Made by a program: the position numbers and the translations under genes. The notes beneath the pieces were generated by a model. It was not told the origin of the DNA. It saw nothing but the letters and a program-made list of their open reading frames with translations, and made no database searches. From an uncultured Planctomycetia bacterium (GTDB lineage Bacteria > Omnitrophota > Gorgyraeia > 2-01-FULL-45-10 > JAHFGN01), in contig CAYHAE010000003.1 in assembly GCA_964354545.1 (NCBI GenBank), forward strand, positions 25,019 to 89,018: a stretch of DNA of 64,000 bases, read 5' to 3'. This document shows, one piece after another, positions 54,001 through 63,000 of this stretch (its first letter is position 1; each line of letters starts with the position of its first letter).

Positions 54001-57000
54001 GCAAGGTAGTCGCAAGGCAGGATATACAGCAGGGTACCGTGATGCGCATCGATACGACGACCCCGCCCGCCCCCGGTACTATCGCCGGTGGCGTACGCGC
54101 CGTTACCTATGACAGCGCCGGGAACATGCTAAAGGATTCGGTCGTGCAGCTCGGAAGGGGAGGACAGATACAGGAATACGCCGCGCAGAGGTACGAACAG
54201 GTTGAAGGCGAGATCATGGTCGGTGGACAACAGGTATCAGTGGGAATGAACGGCACGAAGGTCACCGAGACCGTCCAGGGCCGCATGGTCGAAGAAAATT
54301 ATATGGACGAATCGGGAAGGCTGGTCGCCACGCGCAACCTCGAGAACCAGAACGTAACGGTGTACACGGGCTACACCCCGGCAGGCAGCGGTGTCGAGTA
54401 CGCCACCGCCGTCACCTATGACGGGACCGGCAATGCGGTGAGGGACACTACCGTATACCGCGGAGCCGAAGGCCAGATCCGGGAATCCGTCTCCCAGACG
54501 TACGAACGCGTCTCGGGTCAGCAGACGGTCGGTTCAAGGACGGTCCAGTATGGAAACGATGCCACGCGGGTGGCGCAGTATGATGAAACCGGAAATAAGG
54601 TACAAGAGATGGTCCGCAGCGCCGACGGTAGATCGGCCGCCCTCTGTGATGCCCAGCAGACCACCACTGTCTACAGCACCTCGCCTACAGGAGAAGTGAC
54701 GGCGACAACGTACAGCAGGGCAGGGACAGTGCTCGAGACCGCCACCGGCTACTACGCCAACAATGCGTTCTATATGGCTTCTGACGAAGAGAATAATAAG
54801 TATATCCAACTCAAATCCGACAGCATTGAACATATGAGCACGCCCATGGCAGAGGTACAGGGCGCCTACAACGAGCAGTCACAGCAGTTCGAGGTCGCCG
54901 GCGCCCTCCAGACCCAGGAGAGCGGCGTCTTTGGCGAGGTTGCGCTCGGTTCCCAAACCTTTGCCGTGGAGAACGGCACACGGGCCACATACTATGACAC
55001 GCGCGGAAGGGAAATTGAGGTGCTCGCCGGACAGGACGGACGACCTCTCGCCGCACGCAATGCCGACGAAGGGACCGTGACCGTCTACGATGGCTACGCC
55101 CCGATAGGGAGCGCCGCGACCGAAAGGGTGAACGTCGTCACCTATGGAAGCACCGGCGACGTGCTCGAGAGCACGGTGGGTTACCGTTCAGACGGCAAGT
55201 TCTATGTGCCTGTTTCCGGAGAGAATGAACAGGGGCGTCTCTACTACCAGTATAATTCCAACGATGTGAATGCGCCTGAGGCCCTGGTCCAAGGCGGATA
55301 CAGTGAAACGATCGGAGAGTTCGTCGTAGATACGCCGGTCGAAGAGTATCAGTACGCCGTCACGGGCACAAAGACATTAGGGACGGTGGGGGATGTCACG
55401 CTCCAAAATGCGAGAAGGATCGTACAATATGACCCAGAAGGATACCAGGACGGAGAGCTTTACGTTGATTCCGCCGAAAGGCCGATCGCTGAATGGGATG
55501 TTGAGAACGATGCCGTGACCAGATACGAGTATACCCCTGTCGATGCGATGGGAACCGCACGGGCGAATACCGTCACCTATGACGGGTCAGGAAACGTGAT
55601 GCGGGATTCCATCGGCTACTTTGACCCGACAACGGGCAGCGTCCAGGAAGCCAGGGCCGTACAGTACCAGCGCGGTGTCTCGGGTACGGTAACGGTCGGG
55701 CGGCAGGAGCTCTCATTGTCAAACGGTACCATGATGACTGTACAGAGAGGCGAGGATCAGATCGGGAAGACCTACGCCGATTCGTACGGCAGGACCGTTG
55801 CCGCGGAGGACCTCACGAGGGGCACCTACACCCTGTTCGAGGAGTACACGCCGACAGGCGCCCCGGGCACCGAAGCGTTCAGAGCGACGACGTATAATAA
55901 CACGGGAGTGAAGGCAGGGAGCTTCGAAGGGTACCGCACCAGCGACAACACCATCTATGCGCGTGTCGAAGGAGAAGAGGATACATACCTCACATATCAA
56001 TCCGGCATGATGGACGCGCCCACCGCTAAGGTCCGGGGAGCGTTCAACGAGGAGACTCAAGAATTCGAGGTCTCCCAGACGGCCCAGATGTACCAGGATA
56101 GTTACACAGGCGCCGAGGCGGTAGGCCAGCAGGAAATCGTGTTTACAGACGCCGCACGATTCGTACGCTACGACCAATCCGGCAGCGCGGACGAGGCGAT
56201 CTACTATAACAAGCAAAGCGGGACGCCAATGGCGGCACGCAATTACGAAAATGGCACCATGACCGTATTTGACGGATTTACTCCCGCGGGAAGCGGCGCC
56301 GGCGTCGCGACGTTCAACGGAATGACCTATGATAATGAGGGGAATACGGCCGACAGCTTCAGCGGCTACTATGCGAACGGGAACCTCTACAGGCCCGTTG
56401 AGGGCAGGGAGGAAGAGGGCCTCTACTACCAGTATCGGTCCGACGATGTGTACAATCCGACAGCCATGGTACAAGGCGGGTTCGATCCTTCGACAGGAGA
56501 CTTTGGCGCCTCTATGCGCGAGATGTATGAATATGAGCTGGAAGGTACGCAGGATGTAGGATTCGGCGCAGGCGCATATCCCGGCGGCGACGCGTATCCC
56601 GGAGGCGGCGCGTATCCTGGAGGCGGCGCATATCCCGGCGGCGAGTATTCTGGCGGCGGCGCGTATCCCGGAGGCGGCGCGTATCCCGGAGGCGGCGCAT
56701 ATCCCGGCGTCGGCGGCGGTTCTTCGAGGCGGACAAGCGCGGCATTGCCTGCGCCGAACGTTACCCTATTCGATGAGAGCAAGCGCGCCGATACCGACGG
56801 CGACGGGCTTACCGACTACATGGAGACGACCATTTATAATACAGACCCTGAGAAGGCGGATACGGACGGCGATGGATTCTCGGACGGCGAAGAGATAGTG
56901 CACTACGTCCCGGATCCCGTGACGGGGCTCATGACCCTCGGAGGCAGGCGTTATACGGTACAGGTGAACGACAGGATAAACAGGGCGAACGCGGATATTG

Positions 57001-60000
57001 ACCGCTCCGGCGCGATAGACGTTGCGGACTGGAAGGCGCTCAAGGACGCGATCGCGCAACAGCCCACGAGGGACATCGACGGAGATTCTTACGTCACGTC
57101 GTTGGACGTCGAGCTCATGAACAGCATCCTCGACGGCATACTCCGAGGCCTCATCATTCAGCCCGGGGACTACAGGAAGCTCGATATCAACGGTGACGGC
57201 GCAGTGGACTCAAAGGATTGGACCGACATAGAGACCGCCGTCACCCAGCTCATCATCGGCGAGAGGAACCTGGTGGGCGGTCCGGAGATCGCCAGAGAGG
57301 ACCTCACGAGGGCGATCGAGGTACGAAGGTTCGTCGCGCTGCTCGGCGATGTGGACGAAGACGGAGACGTGGACACCGGTGACATCACGGAGGCGATCGC
57401 GAAATACGATACCGATGCGGATTGGCTCATCACCGACGCGGACAGGCAGAACGTGTTTGACATCGTTTCCACCATCTACAAATACGACGTCAACGGAGAC
57501 CTGAAGATCACCGCCGACGATTTAGGCGCGGTAGATGTGGTGAAGGAATACTATGACCTTGGGATGAGCGTGAGCTCGCAGGAATACGCGATCGCGGACA
57601 TCATACCGGATGAGGTCGTCGATCAGGCGGACCTCGCGAAGTATGACAGGCTCACGCGGGAGCTCGACGTGAACCACGATGGAAGGGTGGATGGCACCGA
57701 CATCGATATGATCGGCAAGGCGATCGAAGGGAACCGGCTCGCGCAGAGCGTATTCAGCCCGATGCTTGTAGCGCGGTTCGACCTCGCGGACTTCCTGCCG
57801 CAGAATATCACGAGGCACATGGAGGCCATGGAGAGCGTGCTCAAGACCATGGCGGACATCGACGGCGACGGGAAGGTGACGGCGTACGACAGCGAGGTCT
57901 ATTGGAAGCTGTACGACGGGTACAAGCGCTCCACGCTCCTGCCGCAGGCTGAGGTGGTGAGGTTGAAGGACCTCGTTGCCGCGCGCGGCGTTCCTTCGCT
58001 TGCCTCGATATCCTTGGCGGATATCGATAGTGTCGGGGGAGTGACGCTCGGGGACAGAGACCGCCTGAGAGCGATGCTTGAAACGGTTCAGAGGGCGGAC
58101 CTGGACTTCTCAGGGACCCTGGACCTGAACGATCTCATTCGGTTCTACGATATCGTCGAGTCTCAAGGGCTCGGCGTCACGAAGGCGGACACGCAGAACC
58201 TCGTCCTCTACGATATCAGCGGCCCCGAGGGAATCCCCGACGGCAGGATCGACGACAAGGACCTCATCGACCTCACCTATGCGATAAGGAATTACCTGAA
58301 ATACGACATATACGGACCGACAGGTTCGCCCGACGGCAAGGTCGATGCGTGGGATATCGAGCTTATGGACAAGGCCCTGGACTATCAGCGCCTGAAGTTC
58401 ATCCTGGACGACCAGGATGTCATGAAGGTCCTCTTCACTGTCATTGAGGATAAGAATGAGGACGGCAAGAAAGACGGGTCCGATATCGATACGGACGATA
58501 ATAAGGAGATCACCATCGATGAGCTCTACGCCGCGGTCGAGCCTGCGATCCAGGCGGACATCATAGGCACCATGAAGGGCCTCGCGAAGTGGACCGTGGA
58601 CGTGAACGAGGACGGCGCATTCGATTACAAAGACGTCCTTGCGGTGATGGGTTCTCTAGAGGTGATGAAGGCAGGCTACAGCCTCGAGCAGATCACGCAG
58701 GTCGACATCAACTTCGACGGAGCGATCAACAAGTTCGACGCATTCATCTATGAAGATACGTCAAAGGGAGGAGGCTATGACATCAACAGGGATCTGAAGC
58801 TCGATGCCGCAGACCTCGCGCGTTTGGACACGTATTACCGGCACGGATATTATACTTCGTGGGTCATACGCGCCGATGTGAACGAGGACGGCATGATAGA
58901 TGCGGCGGACGCGGTCGATATCCAGCACGGAATGGACTGGCATAAGGACCTCACGAGAGACGGCGAGGCCGGCCTGTCAGACCTGCCTAAACTCGATAGT
59001 ATCATCGAGGCGGCCGGCTACGGGTATGGCGCGAGAGACGTGCTGCGGGGCGACCTCGATAAGGACAGCTGGCTCGGAGAAAAGGACAAGGATATCTTGA
59101 AGGACGAGATAGAGAAGATCAGGAAGTATGACCTTAACGGCGACGGCAGGGTGAACCCGCTGGACCTCGCGTTTGCGTACGATGTGGTGGGGGTGCATCC
59201 CATCGACCTGCTCACGAACTATGCGAATGACCTGCAGGCGCTCTTTACCCAGATCTCGGGCGTTCAGTCGAGGTCGGAGGCGGACGTCCTCGTGAACCTC
59301 GCGAAAGGCACCCTCGACAGCGCCACGGATATGCACGCGACGATCACCGGGATCGCGTACTACATGCCGAACAGGACCCTCGCCGCAGACCTCGCGCTGA
59401 GTGCGGGAACGGAGCTCGGCAGGGCCCAGGATCTCTATTCCGATATCGTGGGGGTCGCGGATTCCAAACAGGATATCCCTCCCACGGATATAGAGGTGGT
59501 ACGGGGCCACAACGACTCGGTCACTGACCTCGCGGCCGCTATTTCCCGCGCCCCCTCATACGCAGTGGCGTCACGGCTCCTCGGAGTCGCGAATTCCATC
59601 CTGGACCTCGCTGTCCAAAAAGAAGCCGACATCCAGGCCTCCGGGACCGAAGCGGACAAGGAGGAAGCGGCGCGCCTCGTCGAGAGCATCCGGGAACTGA
59701 TCGCCCAGGCCGGCGTGGCCGCAGGGGATATCGATGCGGCAGAGACCGCGCTCAAGGGCATTGCCGATATAGGGGATTCCACACAAGAGGTGATGAACTC
59801 CCTCGCAAAGATGAGCGCGGTGACGGACGACCCGGCCATTGCGGACGCCGTGGCGCAGACGGCAGCGACACAGTTAAAAGAGGCGGAGGACCTATTCTGG
59901 AACGCCGAGGGCATCCTCGCGGACAATCCTCGCAATGAGCTCGCGAAGAAGACAGTCGCGTCGCTCGGTGCGATGGTGACCCAGCTGAAGGCGGCGCTCA

Positions 60001-63000
60001 TAGGTATCGAGGAGAAGGCATTCTCAGCCGCGGCAATCATAGACAGCGGCGCGGGAGCCCTCACGGAACTCGGCAGGGATGCCGACGCGGTCGCGCTCTC
60101 TATCGCGTACGTCGCGCTTGTCCTTGCGCTCAACGATGCGAAGAGGTTCGCGAACTCAACCTACGCGGCCGCGCTCGCGAGAGCCCCCGACTCAACAGAG
60201 CTCATCGCATCCCTCGAGGCCCTTCTCGTCGACGGAAGAAATGACAGGGAATGGGCAGCAGCGCTCCTCTCTACCCCAGAGTTCATCGCACGAAACCTCA
60301 CAGACGAAGATTTCATAAGGGCCGCGTTCATGACCATACTCTCGCGAAATGCCTCACAGAACGAGGTCAACGGCTATCTCATCAAGTTAGCGACGAGCAC
60401 CATTACGAGAGACGGCATCGTCACCGAGCTCGTGAGTTCCACCGAGCCCTACACTCCCGTTGCAACCACCCTCGACGCGCACAAGAACAGGTTCTACGAG
60501 CTGGACATAGAGGTAGGTTCCGTTGTGGACGCCTTTGCGGCAGACCTTTCATCGATGAGCCTCTTCGCGACCGCCGTGCGTGATGTCGCAGGAAAAGTGA
60601 AAGATAAGGCGAGCCGTACGCTCGTCCTGTTCGAGAACCTCACGCACGAACATCCGTACAATTCGGCCCTCGCCGATAACTATGACATCGCCGAATCCAT
60701 TGTCGATGTCCTCCAGTCCTCGCTCGGAGAGCTCAACGTGCTCACAAAGACGATGGGCGCGGTGGGGCGTACGTCGGTTGCGCACGACGCGTACGGCGAG
60801 TTGGCGCTCGCCTACAAAGACGTTATAGAAAGGACGCGCGGGATGGTGAAAGGCCTGGATGACGAGGCGAAGCTCCTGAACACAATACCGCAGTTCCGCA
60901 TCCTCGATGTGTCGAACCTCGTGTCGGAGTCGGCGCTCGACGAACTGTGGGCGCTCTCGAGACAGACGGCCATCGATCAGCTGGCGTCCGTGGACACGGC
61001 GAAGGCGGCTGCGGACACATCGGCAGCCTTCTCCAGCGAGGTGACGGCTATTAGGGATGGCGCGGAGAGCATCGCAACGCATGGGGATACCCTAAGGATC
61101 GCGGCGGAGAGGCTGAACCAGACGGCGAGGCAGATGGTAGGGGCCCCCGAATCGTCGAAAAATAGCGCCCAGGCGATATCGTACGTCGACGCGGTACATG
61201 ATATTCAGAACGCCGTGCAGTATTACAGGGCCTCGCTCGAAACGCTCAGCGCCCAGTATGCGGACGACGTAATGATCGCGCAGAACCTCTCGGCCGCGAC
61301 CGCGCTCGTCGGCGAAATCGGAACAAGCGTACAGGACATAGAGACCGGTTCGACGACTCTCATCGATGCCGAGTCGCTCGCAGATGAACTGCTCACCCTG
61401 GCCAAGAAGGACAGGGAGTTCATGGAGAGATCGCTGGAACTGGTGAGGCGTTCCGAAGAAGAAGATGATCTCGTAACGCTCTCGTACGGGATGGGCGTCA
61501 TACTCGAGAGGGTTAAGGACAACGCGATCCGCATCTCTCTCCTCGCGGCGAGCCATCCGAACGATGCCCTTATCAAGGTAGGATACGATGTCATCTCCAT
61601 GATACGGAAGAACGCGGATGCCGCATACGGAGAGGCCTCGAGCAAGCTCGCCTCGGTGATGGTCGCGAAGACAAAAGGCGTATGGTTGAGGGACAGGGCG
61701 GCCGCGGCGGTGAACGATGTACAGGGGGTCTCCACGTATGCGTCAACGGTAACAGACGTCCAGACATTGGCGACGCTGCAGGAGATCGCGTCCGCCATGC
61801 TCGAGCCCATTAAGGAAGGCAAGACGGCGCTCGAAGGGCTCTCCAGCGAAAATCCCGCTGATGCGGCCATTACAGCCTCACTCGCAGAGACAGAGGGCTT
61901 CCTCGAAAGCGCACAAGGGTTCATCGATGCGATCGGGAGCAGGCTCGAGACCCTCGCGACGGCCGCGACACAAGGCGAGAGCCTTGTCGATTCGATGAGG
62001 CTGCAGCTGGAGCTCATGAAGAAGGCGTTCGACATCGCGACCCTGGAGCAAGATCCGAAGGCCGCGAAGCTCCTGTACGATCTGAGCCTCTCTTCCCAGG
62101 CAGAGTTCGAACGGGTTCGAACCCTTGCGACCGGATATGGGGTGAACGCCGACATCATCTCGAAATTGGACACCGAGGTCGCCGATTACATGGATAGGCT
62201 GGAGAAGAGGGCCGCACGGGCGAGCCTCGAAGGGATAGCGGCGCTTACGCGTGACTACAAGATCTTTGCGAACGTCTTAAAGGCAGAGGTCGACGTGGCA
62301 AGTCCTTCGGACGCAAAAGGCCTCATTGAGCTTGCGCGCGGCGTGCTTGAGAAGACGGACGTGCTCGTCGCGAGCGCGAAGGCCTATGCGGCACGTTATA
62401 CTACCGACTCCGCGCTGCAAAACCTGCTCACCTCTGCCCTTAATAACAGGACGTCCATCGCCCAGGGCATCGTCGCGATGAACCAGAAAGTCCTCACGAT
62501 AGAAGGCGTGGAGACGAACTGCGTGAATCTCGCCGATGTCGCGAAGGTCAACCTGCGGACGGCAGAGTCGATGAAGTTCTTTGCCCAGGGGGCCTACGCC
62601 CAGCAGGACCTCGTGAAGATCGCTGCCGCTCGGGAGATCGCACAACGGGCTCTCCTCAAGGCCAACGAGGCTGCCGTGATCGCCACTCAGCTCGCCACTG
62701 ATAATTTCGAGAATATCGCGATGGATACCCAGAGGCAGTTGGCTACGGCATATAAGAATTCGATAAGAGACAGCGAGCTCTTTGCGATAGAGAGCCTCAG
62801 GGATGTCCTTGCCCAGCAGATCGCCGATGAGAGAGGGGTCGGGTGGACAAAAGAAGACGTCATAAGGGAAGCGGTTGAGTCATACGAAGGCTTGAGGGAG
62901 GACTACGCCGACATTCTTGATGCGAAGGTAGCGGCGATAGCCTCTGAGGGCAATCTCGAGTATGCAAAAGAAGAGAGGAACTCCGGAGAGATCGCGAATG

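Noticed and set aside
56571-56711. Possible CRISPR array
   Set aside because: Contiguous 18-bp coding units with no spacers and no cas genes.
56426-56782. Minus-strand ORFs with PPPGYA or RRLRDT repeats
   Set aside because: Antisense readings of the GAYPGG tandem repeat.
60-59180. Cellulosome scaffoldin or cellulase interpretation
   Set aside because: No cohesin or glycoside hydrolase catalytic domain was recognised in the window.
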